The notes beneath the pieces were generated by a model. It made no database searches. It worked only from the letters and a program-made list of their open reading frames with translations, and had not been told where the DNA came from. From positions 97,154,001-97,218,000 of the forward strand of contig OX597819.1 in the NCBI GenBank assembly GCA_951406725.2: 64,000 bases of DNA, in the 5' to 3' direction. A program made the position numbers and the translations under genes. Positions 1-11,447 of the stretch are shown piece after piece. Numbering within the stretch: the stretch's first letter is position 1; each line of letters starts with the position of its first letter. Source of the stretch: Octopus vulgaris (taxonomy: Eukaryota).

Positions 1-529
1 TGGAAATGGCAGGATTTTTGAACGAAGTGATTCTTTAATGTACATTTTTGCATGTGGGTGAAAGATTGAATCATAAAATGCGCTGAGCTCCATAGTAAAT
101 GAGAGTAAGAGGGTTGTAAAATATTGATGTAGTAGATTTCCTGTTGGCAGGAAACATTTGTAGCCCAATGGAACAAACATATAATGAAAGTCTTTCAGCT
201 AAGGCTAATCATTTAAAAAAATATTTTTGTATACCATGTATTCTTCCTTTATCAAGAGTGCATATAGTGGTGATTATATATATATATATATACATACACC
301 ATACAGTACAAAGATGAGATCCAGAGATTTTCAATATAGATCAATCCTACAAGGTAAAAATTGGCTATAGGAGGGAATCAAGTTAAGTGGATATAAAGGC
401 AATTATGCTGGTAAACAAATTAGGTACATTAATTATCTTAAATATATTTGATATAATTGATATACCTAATTTGTTAATCAGCATAATTACCTCTCTATAT
501 ATACATGTATATACACGTGTCATCATCAT

Positions 530-566
<37 letters not shown>

Positions 567-568
<2 letters not shown>

Positions 569-852
569 TGTTACAGAGAAAGTCATAGCCCAACTAATTA
601 GGGAGATAGTCTAGATGAGATGCAGTTTGGTTTTGTGTCAGGGAGAAGCACCACTGATGCTATATTTCTGGTAAGGCAACTGCAGGAGAAATACATAGCC
701 AATGATAAACTTCTGCACTTGGCTTTTGTTGTCTTGGAGAAAGTTTTTAACAGGGTCCCCCATTCCCTTATCTGGTGGTCAGTGCAGAAACTAGGAGTAG
801 CTGAGTGGTTGATGAGAGCTGTACAAGCTATGTAAAGGGAAGCTACCAGTAG
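567..852 (+). mobile_element. RTE-clade LINE reverse-transcriptase fragment (degenerate)
   Basis: Translation gives VTEKVIAQLIRE / MQFGFVSGRSTTDAIFLVRQLQEKY...LHLAFVVLEKVFNRVP (QFGF...STTDAIF and AFxDLEKAFDRV-type non-LTR RT motifs). A frameshift and a stop are present. Confidence 0.9.
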
Positions 853-880
853 GACTACACAGGCAAATATAATTTTTGCT

Positions 881-1109
881 TTAATCTTTTAGCATTCACA
901 TTACTCTGTCAAATGTACTGCTTATTTATTCACATTATTTTGAATTAATCATGCAATATCTGGTAGCTTTGAGATTTTGATGTTGTGATTGCTTAATTTT
1001 TAGAATGACATTGTAGGGTAGGTGTGAGAAGCCAGATCTGGTCTATTTGAACATAAATCAAGTAGAATACTTTGGCCAGATAAGGTCAATTTAAATGCTA
1101 AATTGTTCA
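881..1109. mobile_element. TTAA-flanked piggyBac-type MITE, family M1 (~225 bp)
   Basis: Degenerate ends ttaatcttttagcatt...aaatgctaaattgttca. The body aligns by eye with the copies at 4782, 19262 and 38258. Confidence 0.75.
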
Positions 1110-1365
1110 TGTAGCGTAAGGATACTCCAAAAGGATAATGGAAATTGAAAGAAAATCTAATTTACATGTTATTTATACTAAAAGACATTTCTTACCGTTT
1201 CCATAATCCTCTATGAACTTCAATAAATGTTATAAAAATCAAATCCAGACCTTAAGCTAGAAACTTTAAGAGCACATATCTAGTAAAACATTTGCATTAA
1301 AGATTTATTCAACCCATGCTAGCACAAAAAAAAACCGAATTCTTGATAGTTCAAAAATGTAATCT

Positions 1366-1516
1366 AATAAAAGCTGGCTCCAATATTATGCACACGCAGG
1401 ATTAAACACACCAGTAACCTACTTTCAGTCAAGATAATGCAATAAAAGCTGAACCCAATATAATACACAAGCAGGGTTAATTCACCAGTAAACCTGTTTT
1501 GGTCAAGATGATGTCA
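1366..1516. repeat. Diverged tandem duplication, 2 x ~75 bp
   Basis: The unit aataaaagctg...ccaatat...gcagg.ttaa...caccagtaa...gtcaagat.atg starts at 1366 and again at 1441. Confidence 0.8.
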
Positions 1517-2856
1517 TAAAATACAGGTAATCTGGTTTGGGTTAATCAAAAATCAGTAACAGAAAAAGGAATAGTTGTTTCTGCAGTGACAGAAATTATG
1601 CAATTATTAACTTTTAATCTTCTATGCTAAGAATTCATTAGATTGGCACTGTAATTACATCTTTAATTAGTCTCTCATACAATGATACTTCTTGCATTGC
1701 TTTTGAAATAGATTTATGATGATTTTATTTAATTAGTTTGATAATTTAATAGAAAAATATAGATGTAATCCAGTTTGAACTAGCTTACAAGCCACACACA
1801 TGCATTTCTACACATATTAATAGTAAGACATCTTATTGACTGCATAGAACTCCACTAGATTCACATACACACAGTCGTATCTCTTTCACAAGACATATTC
1901 TATTTCAGTTTTACACCCAATAATGTCATACTAGCACAGAAGCATTCATAATGTTGCAACAAGTTTTCACAAGCAAGTGCCCCTCCTATTGCTAACTACT
2001 CATAAGTAGTGATGGTGGTGGTGGCGGTGGCAACCCCATACAGTAGTGCTCCACAATCAGTTTGCCATGGCACACTAGTTTTCCACAAGATGATGCTAGG
2101 TGTGCCGCTGAGTAACCTGAATATGATTTTTTTTCTCTCCCTCTACCTTTAGTTATATTTTTAGTTCAAGTGAGCAGCTGAATTTTGAAAAGAATATAAG
2201 TGTACTGCAAGTGAAAAAAGGTTGCGGAGCACTTGCATATAGCATAAACTAAGACAAGCAGTATTAAATGTGTTGCTGAGGGGAACACAACACAACAGTT
2301 GCAGTTTGAACTTATGACTGTAGTCAGCAGCCCATCACATTAATCTCGTGATCATAGTGCATTTTTCTGTAAGGTATTGATTATAAATGAAAACTAGAGA
2401 AAATTTTAGTATTTTGAGTGGATTTAGATGAAAATAGAGAAAATTCTAAATGGAAGATACTTACTCTACTGAAGGTTAACTCAATAATGAAAGCTGGAAT
2501 CAGCAGATACACACTTGCAGACAAAGTATTGAAGTGATATGAAACTAAATACATAACATGAAGCCATAAATAAGTAGCTTTTCAATTTGTCTAAAACTTT
2601 AATTCAGTTAAACACCACACACATTCACTACACACACACACACCTAAAATAGCTGAAATTTGTAATTATTCATGAAATATAAACTATTTTAGGTCTTTTG
2701 ATGTAAGTTCCCACATTTGTATGTCAGTCAATACAATCCAAGACAATAATTAATGTATAGATCAACATTCCGTTCACACTAACGATTAAAATTGCATTGA
2801 GATAGAGTAAACACATCATTAATAGTTTATTGCAACCGATTTTGTATTATATGTAT

Positions 2857-3232
2857 TCTTTTGCTTTTACTTGTTTCAGTCATTTGAATGTGGCCATGTT
2901 GGAACAACGTCTTAAATGGTTTTAGTCACAGAAATCGACCCTAGGATTTAGTCTTTGTAAACCTAGTATTTATTCTATTGGTCTCTTTTGCTGAACTGCC
3001 AAAATATGGGGACATAAACACACCAGCATTGGTTGTCAAGCAATGGCAGTGGGACAAACACAGACACACACATATATGACAGGGTTCTTTCAGTTTCTGT
3101 CTACCAAATCCACTCACAAGGCTTTGGTCAGCCTGAGGCTATGGCAGAAGACACTTGCCCAAGGTGCTACACAATGAGGCTGAACCCAGAACCACGTGGT
3201 TGGGAAGAAAGCTTCTTACCACACAGCCACAT
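2857..3232 (-). mobile_element. tRNA-derived SINE, family A, long form
   Basis: Reverse-complement match to 25198-25612: tRNA-like head, CORE-like cttgggcaagtgtcttc, and tail ending actgaaacaagtaaaag. Confidence 0.85.
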
Positions 3233-3526
3233 CTGTATCTTATGCTTTTATTTTTATATTTACTTGAGTTCTTCCTAGTTGAGCTAGTTTCTAACAAAGT
3301 AACAAAGCTCCATCACTGGAATTTGGATAACAGAAATGATAGTTGTTAAATGTTGAATTTAGAAAAAAATTTCCATATCTTTACCATTCCACTTACAAAT
3401 TGTAGATGTAAAATACATGTCAACCAATCTCTTTCTTTGTCCCCAAATTCTAGCCTTTCCTGATTGTCATTTAGACATTTACTAACAAAATCAATGACTG
3501 TTGGTATAAATGCAAATTTAAAACCA

Positions 3527-3689
3527 AGGTAATGGAGTTACTGGTTTGGAAGCAGTTGTCCATAAATATTCTTTTGCTGACCATGTATGCATACAAAAAA
3601 ACATACATACATACATATATGTACATACATAATTGATCAAAACAGAATATTTCTGGACAACTACTTCAAAATCTACAGCTCCTTTACCT
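3527..3689. repeat. Imperfect inverted repeat, ~56-bp arms (3527-3583 and 3634-3689) around a (TACA)n spacer
   Basis: aggtaatggagttactggtttggaagcagttgtccataaatattct compared with the reverse complement of the right arm, aggtaaaggagctgtagattttgaagtagttgtccagaaatattct. Confidence 0.85.
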
Positions 3690-3829
3690 AGAATATAAAT
3701 TCTTATCTCTATTAATAAGCATCAGTGTATTTTTTCTTTCTGTAGTTTCAGCTCATTGCTGCAGCCAAGCTGATGCACTGCCGTTATTTGATTATGATAG
3801 TAGATCTCTAAGTGACAATCTAAAAACAC

Positions 3830-3878
<49 letters not shown>

Positions 3879-4781
3879 CGTCCCACCCATGCCAGCATAG
3901 AAGGCAGACGTTAAATGATGATGATGGTGTCTGTGTGTGTAAGTGTGTGTGTATGTAGGAGGAAAAATGCTTTCAAACTTCTGAGACATTTCAGAGATCT
4001 CACAAACAGACAAAAGTTACTAATAATTTCCAAACTATTATTATTTGACGTGATCAGTCATATTTAACCTGATATTAGCAATAAAACCTCTTAGACAACT
4101 TCAGTTTTTATCATATTTCCATTCAGTCTACCTTTTTTCTTAGTCACGCTATAGTTTTTTCAATGATTATTTGCAGTGATAATCTTGTAATTAACAGCTC
4201 ATTCATTTCTTGTAATCAATCATTCTTTTTCATTAAAGAGCAACAAACTACCAAACTGAAAAAATTGTTAAACATTATTCTATGAAGGAGACAAAGAAAT
4301 TAATGGCTTAAATTGCAGCAATTTGAAAATAATAATTCACACATACATTTGTGTGTGTATATGAGAGAGAGAGAGAGACACCTAGCAGGTTGTTTATTTT
4401 TCTCCTGATTTATATATGAACCTTACGACAATGTTATTAAAAGCAAAAATGTCATTAACATTTCTCTCTCTACTGAGTATTTGGTGTGTCAAGACAGGCT
4501 GAAACTGCTTGAATTTCTACATGCAAAGGATATCACTGGAGCAAATCATTGCAACAAAAATAAGCAGAGAATGAAACCTGTCAAGTTGACCATATTCTTA
4601 ATTCTAGATCATAACAAGTCACAGTTTAACTACAGTGGATAACATGCACTAACTAGTCAACTCTTCACATGTATTCAAATAAATACATACATGGAATAAA
4701 GAATCAGTTTTACAAAGAGAGAATGTTACTTACTAGCTGCTCTAACCATAGAAGTTAGCTAAATTGTCAAAATGTCCAGTT

Positions 4782-5008
4782 TCAACCCTTTAGCATTCTG
4801 ATTTCTTTTGCCAACTGTATTGCTTAATTTATACAAATTGTTTTGAATTAATCATGCATTATTTTGTAACTTCAAGATATCAATGGTGTGTTTGTATATT
4901 TTTAGAATAACATCGTAGGGTGTGTGAAAGTTTGGACCTTGTTAGCTTCAACATTAAAACTGGTAGAATATTTGGGCCGAACATGGCCAGATTAAACACA
5001 AAGGTTAA
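4782..5008. mobile_element. piggyBac-type MITE M1
   Basis: tcaaccctttagcatt...aaaggttaa; the body matches 881-1109. Confidence 0.8.
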
Positions 5009-5966
5009 ACCAGCCACATCTGGCCCAAATATTTTACCTGTTTTGCATTCGAACTGGTTTGATCCAGTTTGATTTGGCATGGCTTTCTACACCTGGATGC
5101 CCTTCCTAATGCTAACCACTCCGAGAGTGTAATGGGTGCTTTTACATGCCAATTAGCATAACACTGGTATCTGCTACACCTGTGATTTTGCTTGGCTTCA
5201 TGGATCTTCTTCTCAAGCGCAACTTAATGCAAAAGGTCTCAGTCGTTGCTTCTGTGAGGTCCAACACTTGAAAGGAACTCAGCCACTTTGCCTCGATGAG
5301 GCCCAACGCTCGAAAGATGTTCTTTGCGCGTCACCAGTACAGGTGCACTTGGCTTGATGGGTCCTCTCAAGCACAGCACATCACCAAAGGTCTCGGTCAC
5401 CAGTCATTGACTCTGTGAGGCTCAAAGTTTGAAGATCATGCTTCATCACCTCACTCCATGTCTTCCTGAGTCTACCCCTACCACAGGTTCCCTCCACAGT
5501 TAGAGACTGGCACATCTTTATACAGCTGTCCTCGTCTATACACATCACATGATCATACCAGCACAGTCATCTCTCTTGCATACCACATCCGATTCCTCTT
5601 ATGTCTAACTTTTTTCTCAAGCTGCTGACACTCGAGAATGTAATCGATCTGGCTAGCACAGACACCTGATTGGTAGGTTATCAGGTGGCTGGCTTCTTGA
5701 AGTTTGTGTTGCAGATCAAAGGTTATTTGCATCACAGAACTCCACTAACCTTGTTCCCTCTTTGTTTTGGGAGCCAAATCCATGGCACCCATGCACACCA
5801 TGGAAAATACCAGACTGCCATCTGACATTCCCACTGAAATCCCCAGCCATGAAGAGGAGATTGTCACTCATCTTTGAGGTAGCCCGCAGAAGAATTTATT
5901 TACATAGAAGTATGTAATTAACTAAGCATTACATTTAATAATGTAAACTGAGTGCTAAAGGGTTAA
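5005..5966. mobile_element. Second M1 MITE in opposite orientation, split by a retroelement insertion
   Basis: 5005-5050 matches the start of the inverted M1 copies (ttaaaccagcc...tggcccaaatattttacc). 5915-5966 matches their end (aagcattacattt...gctaaagggttaa). Confidence 0.6.
5055..5885 (-). mobile_element. Internally deleted RTE LINE: APE endonuclease fragment joined to the ORF C-terminus, followed by family C sequence
   Basis: Minus-strand 5625-5880 reads MAGDFSG.., EGTRLVEFCDAN, HLITYQSGVCASQIDYIL. 5360-5620 reads LCWYDHV...VEGTCGRGRLRKTWSEV. No RT core lies between them. Confidence 0.85.
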
Positions 5967-6009
5967 ACATCTAGGTGAAAGTTGGCTCAACAAATCACTG
6001 TATGCCTAA

Positions 6010-7100
6010 TTAACCCTTTCGTTACTATATTTCTGACCAAAATACACCCCTGATGTGTTTCAATTAATTTCTAACATAATCATAAATTTAGTCTGGTTTC
6101 ATTAAACAACTATAACTTTTTTATTTATCAATATATTAACGTGAATTTTGGAAGATAATTTAATGAAATGTTCTCAACCAATTCTATACTATAATTTTTG
6201 TCACAAAGTGACTCTAATTGCAGGTAGATACAGGTAAATTCAACAAAATATAAAATTATTAAAATTTTGTTCAAACATCGCTATAGAAAATGGGTTATTA
6301 GCTAATATTCAATTGGGTATACAACAAAATTTTACGATAGAATTTGTTATTCTGGGTAACTTTCTGATACCCATAATAATATTTATGGCAAAATAGTCTT
6401 AATTTCATTTAAGGTTGTGGGAAACCACTAACTATCCTTTCTTTCGCTTTGTTTACATTTAGCGTAACGGTTCGTTTCCGCCGTAATGATTTCAAATAGG
6501 CTCATTCGAAAAAGTAAAAAGAAATAGTCTAAAGCTTTACTCTCCTGGGAAAGTCTGTGGCTTGGTCCAGTTTCTTCAGAAAAATCACCGAACGAAACAG
6601 TTTTTAAATTTTCCCTCCATTCAGGTGCCAATTCATTTTCTTTATCGCTGTCGGAGCTCTCGGATTCACTGTTTTCACTTTCGGAAAATGAAACATCAGA
6701 TTCATTATCAAATACCATGTGCTTTTTTTTTTCAGTCATAGAGTTAGATTTATCAAGGTCTTCAGTAGAAAATCCTTTGAATTCTGACTCGCTGCTTGAT
6801 ATAATGAAATTCGTATCCATTTTTTGTCAGAATTACAAATTTTGAAAACACAATAGGAACAAATTTCGGAAAAAAATCTCCCAAAATTCACAGAATTAAA
6901 ATTACACTTTGATTGTTGTACAAAACTGTAGATGAACTGTTTACGAAGTATAAGTGTTTTCACGAATGTACTAAAGAGATTTGCTCTGAAATTCTCATTT
7001 AAATATGAATAGGTAAATACGGGCGGTTTTGGGCGGTTTGGTCACATTAACCAAAATGTTTTACGGGCGGCTTTGGGCGGTTTGGTAACGAAAGAGTTAA
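6010..7100 (-). mobile_element. Internally deleted piggyBac DNA transposon (~1.08 kb)
   Basis: TTAA at 6010-6013 and 7097-7100. TIRs CCCTTTCGTTAC / GTAACGAAAGAG (11/12 match). Subterminal direct repeat acgggcgg.tttgggcggtttggt occurs twice (7019-7042, 7063-7086). Contains the 5' part of a transposase. Confidence 0.92.
6428..6820 (-). pseudogene. Truncated piggyBac (PGBD-like) transposase N-terminus, 130 aa
   Basis: Acidic S/D/E-rich leader, then W...F.EETGP....ALDYFFLLF...LFEIITAETNRYA, typical of the start of the piggyBac DDE_Tnp_1_7 region. The catalytic core is absent. Confidence 0.85.
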
Positions 7101-7459
7101 ACAGGTTCAATTTCAGAGTAATTCAATTTCTCAGCAGTATCTAGTTTCTTGTATTTAATTCCTATAATGAGCAGCTTCATATATCAATGTAGTATTAAAA
7201 TGTAGTCACTAAACAGAAAATAATACTTGAGGATCATGTTATAGAAATAGCTGGAGGTGAACTGCATTAAAGAGTACCATGTGGTTGTTTGAAAATGGGA
7301 AGCATCAGGGTATTATTGGGTAGAAATAGTTAGAGATGAGGTATGTTAAGATATGGAATATCATGTGGTAAAAAGAGCTGAAAGTCAGAGTGAGGTATGT
7401 TAAATCATTGGGCTACTACAATGATTTAACATTTAAAATTTGATTTAAAATTTGAGATC

Positions 7460-7833
7460 ATTGCTTCCCAACCATGTAGTCTCAGGTTCAGTCCCACTGC
7501 ACAGCACTCTCAGCAAATGTCATCTGACAAAATCCTTGTGCATGGATTTGGTAGATGGAAACTGAAAGAAGCCCATTGTATGTGTGTGTGTGCATGTGAA
7601 TCCTTTCCTTGACATCATGTGATGATGCAAATGAGCATCACCATCATACAAGCAGTGATGCTCATTTACAATCTTTAATGAAAAACAGCCCTTCTGGCCA
7701 TGTGGAAATATTATCCTACCTTGAAACAGGCGAGGGTTGGCAACAGGAAAAGAATCTGGCCATAGAAAATCTCCCTCAACAAATTCTTTCTGACTTATGC
7801 GAACATGAAAAAGTAGACATTAAATGATGATGA
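7460..7833 (+). mobile_element. SINE with family A head, (TG)n and a family C-like tail
   Basis: ggttcagtcccactg...ggatttggtagatggaaactgaaagaagccc head; ends gacattaaatgatgatga. Confidence 0.75.
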
Positions 7834-8423
7834 ATGTTGAAATGGCGCCCAGTAGATATAACCATGGAGATTTAATGTATGCTGAACAATGAAAGGGAAA
7901 GTGTAAAATAGCAGGAAAGCAAAATATAACCTGTGATTCTTCTTTATCTCCTCTAGTTAAAGAAATGTCCTCTTCTTATAACTCAAACAATGAAATAAAT
8001 AAATGAATGTGTGTGTGTGTAAGTACTTATATACAAGTAGCTTCATACACAAAACTTGTAGCATTTTAACATCAATTATCAGATTATTCATGCACTTAAA
8101 GCCGCAGTACTCCAAGGTCTTAATCAATGGATTATGTAGCTACAGAATAGATTTAGATGTCGCCATAAGGATCTGGTCTGATAATTGAAAGGAGATAGAA
8201 CCTGTAGGGATGAATATGAAGTATGGTGGGGAGAGGTGAGAATATTGGAGAATTTACAATAATCAAGATGGAAGCTAAAACCAAGACTGACATACCAAAG
8301 GAACAATTCCAATATTCAATATTTGTAGATAACAGAAGCAATAGAAAACAGAATGATTTTAGTTAAAATGGACAGTGTCAAATGTAAGTAAATTGAGAGA
8401 AAAAATTAAGTTAAATGAATTAA

Positions 8424-10043
8424 AACTTCTATACATACTGGAATATATAGGACACTGGAGGAAAAGCAACACATCTCACCTTCCTCACTGTAACCCATAC
8501 AACAAACCACTATAAATCAAAGTGCACACAGTCCTGAACCAGTCAAAACTGCACTGAAATATTTTTATTCATCTAATAACGTAGCTAATTAAAAACAACT
8601 TAATTAAGCACTGTCCATTTGACTGATTGGTAACAGTATTCTTATATTATATTTAGCTAACCTTCATTTGTATTTGTTCTGTTGCATGTTTTCATCACCA
8701 AGGTAGCTAGCTAATAGACAGGAATTAAGTGGTTATTCTTTATAGATTACTTGCTAGCACTTAGCTGTCTCAGTTATTGTTGACATCATTAAAGATAATT
8801 ACCAGTTTAAACTCCATGACAAATGGTTAAAGCACAAATCAAGCAGAAAGAATACAGAATTTATAATATTCTATGAGCAAAATCATTTCATATTAAATTA
8901 TAAAAACAGTATCATTGTTGCTTAAAATGTCCAGTGCTAATAACCGAGGTTAGAGACATGGTACTCAATATCAACAAAGTGCAAAAATCCAACTGGGAAT
9001 ACCTTGAATAAACACAATGCAATGTCTGTGATAAGAGCAAAACTTAGCATTTATTTATGGGAACACTAAATTCTGAAACGTCCTTAGAAATGGCAAATTT
9101 CCTCGTGAGTGTCTCTAACATGAATGCTACCACATAAACAGATATACTCATTACTTATTTTTGCCGCATCAAGAAAATGCATTACAGGTATTGTGAAGTA
9201 ATAACATTTATACTTTTCCAGCAATATTAAACTTTTAGAGTGAAAAATCAAAACTGAGTCACATTAACCATTTACTGACAATTTTCCACCTTGAGATTAA
9301 AACCCACCTCTACCTACACACTGTAATTTGAAACAGTTTCTTGACAGAGACTACAGACAACTGATGGAATGTGGTCCAAGAATTCAAATCCACTTCACTA
9401 GGGCTGAAAGGGGTGAATTAACAGGATTTTGATAACTCACCAAAAAAAAAAAAATAGAAAAAAAGAAACCCTACTTTCTTCATAATCATTCTTATCCCAT
9501 AGGAACTCCACCTCATCATTCTCACTATATTGCAACACTGACACAGAGGGGGTCCCATCTTTACTACACCACACCTATAAACCACCTACACATGAATACT
9601 CAGAACAAGACAAGAACATAATTAGAAGGCATGTCACTTCAGTAAGCTCCAACCAAAAGCTTTCAAAGTCATTACAACATCATTTTAAAATCACTACCTG
9701 CACAAAAAATAAAAGTACACACACACACACACACAAAGCATCAACTAACTCCAACAAATAGAACAAGCAAGTGAGACATGGTCATCTAGTCTAGGAAGTT
9801 CTTAATTCTAAATGAGAACTGTCTTGGGTTATGAAAATTCTTCCAAACGGAAAGTGGGCATATGACAATGGCAACAACTTACCAATGGTAAGTGAAGAAT
9901 ACCTTCACTGTAACTATCACCAGAACTTCTACACATACAGGAATATACGGGACACTGAAGGAAAAACAGCATACCTCACCTTCTATATTGTATCCTATGC
10001 CATAAACCATTGTAAATCGAAGTGTACAGAGGTCCTGAACCAG
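8424..10043 (+). repeat. Dispersed direct duplication of ~120 bp (8424-8542 and 9924-10043)
   Basis: aacttcta.acatac.ggaatata.ggacactg.aggaaaa...ctcaccttc...aaacca.t.taaatc.aagtg.aca.a.gtcctgaaccag is present in both copies. Confidence 0.8.
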
Positions 10044-11294
10044 GTGGAATCATGTGTGTGTGTGCATACCTACCTACCTACATACATACATACATAGCAC
10101 AGGTTCTTAAAAATTCTGGATTGGTGTTTGGCATGCTGGAAGCCCACTGGGAGTGAGGCATCTCTTAGCTTTTGTTAAAGTGTGTCTCTAGGAAAAAGTT
10201 ACTCTGATATAAAACCAGATATGCAGGAAATGGCATTCAACATTTTTGGGATTTTTTGAAAATCCTTTGTTTGTGCTTGAGATCATGACAACTCCACACA
10301 CCTGAGCTTATGACCCATAGTGGCACAGGATAAGGCTTGTCTTTGGATCATGTTAGCAGAGTGGAGAGGATTTATGAGATTCTGTGCAAGCCTTATTGCA
10401 CCTAAAATTTTAAGCTTTGCAATCATCAGCAAGACAACTATCCAATCCCTGGTTGAGAAGTAGGGTGCTGTTGTGAGCAAAGAAGTTGTGAATGCAAACT
10501 CAGATGAAGCCAACTGCTGGTACAATAACTTCATGCACAAACATTGCTGGCATTTTGCATGGGTAATGATCAGTGATGGTCTTCCTCAGTCATGAGTGGA
10601 CAGCCATCATCATATACAGAGAAAGAAAGAGAAGGAAACACACATCATTCATTTTCCATTTTTCCATGTTAGTATGGGTTGTGCTTATTTTGCAGCTGGA
10701 TGCCCTTTCTGAAGCTAACACTTGAATCTTTTGCAAGTAAGCAGTCTTTTATTCTACACAATTTTGAAGGCTTGAAGCAAGTAGGCTTCTTTTTTTTATT
10801 GACAGAAGTGCAAATGAGGAAACATCACATGAATATCATGACTTCCAAAGAAGCAAGTGGTAGATGTAACCAAATATTTCATGCATACATATATACATAC
10901 TTATATATGTATGTGTGTGTGTGTGTACACACTCACACATGCATACATGTAGCTTTTTCCCATTTTTGCCTAACAAATCCTCTCACAAAAATTTGGTTGT
11001 CTTGGAGATAATCAAAGACCCTTGCCCAAGGTTCCACATACACACGCAAATATACATACACAGCAAAAGCGTGGTACATGCTACCAAGTTATACTTACAT
11101 ACAAGTGATGGCTATGATTACACACACACACACACACACACACATACACACACACATATTTATTTCTTGATAGACAGACAGATATATATATATACATAAA
11201 TTACATTGCGGGACACAAAATTTACTCTTAAATGTCACAAAATATTTATTCTTACACAATACACAAAAAGTTATTCTTACTTGTCATTTATTTC

Positions 11295-11447
11295 CTAACA
11301 ATGCAGTCTGTTATGAATTGACAAAAAGCTTGTGGCATTCCTACTGCCAGTCACAGAACCCCTGTAAATCAACTGAGATACGTCAGTGACCAGATCACAA
11401 AAGTACAACAGACCTTTTTGATACTTCATAACAGACTGTACTGTAAA
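11295..11447 (-). other. Long imperfect hairpin overlapping a candidate cryptic exon (11281-11435/11440)
   Basis: Perfect 14-bp arms CAGTCTGTTATGAA (11304-11317 / 11425-11438), then CAAAAAG/CTTTTTG and GTCAC/GTGAC stems. Minus-strand acceptor TTTTCATTTATCTCTTTACAG at 11441 and GTAAG at 11280. The confidence is for the hairpin; exon use is unproven. Confidence 0.75.

Noticed and set aside
1196-1280. Minus-strand exon ending at ACG|GTAAG (1195)
   Set aside because: The donor is good, but the better acceptors give stops in all frames; the only open reading needs a weak AAG acceptor and gives no recognisable peptide.
11295-11297. UAG-to-UGG editing to make the 11.3-kb exon a coding cassette
   Set aside because: Even with read-through the exon is 155 or 160 nt (frameshifting), and the alternative donor at 11255 brings in TAA stops.
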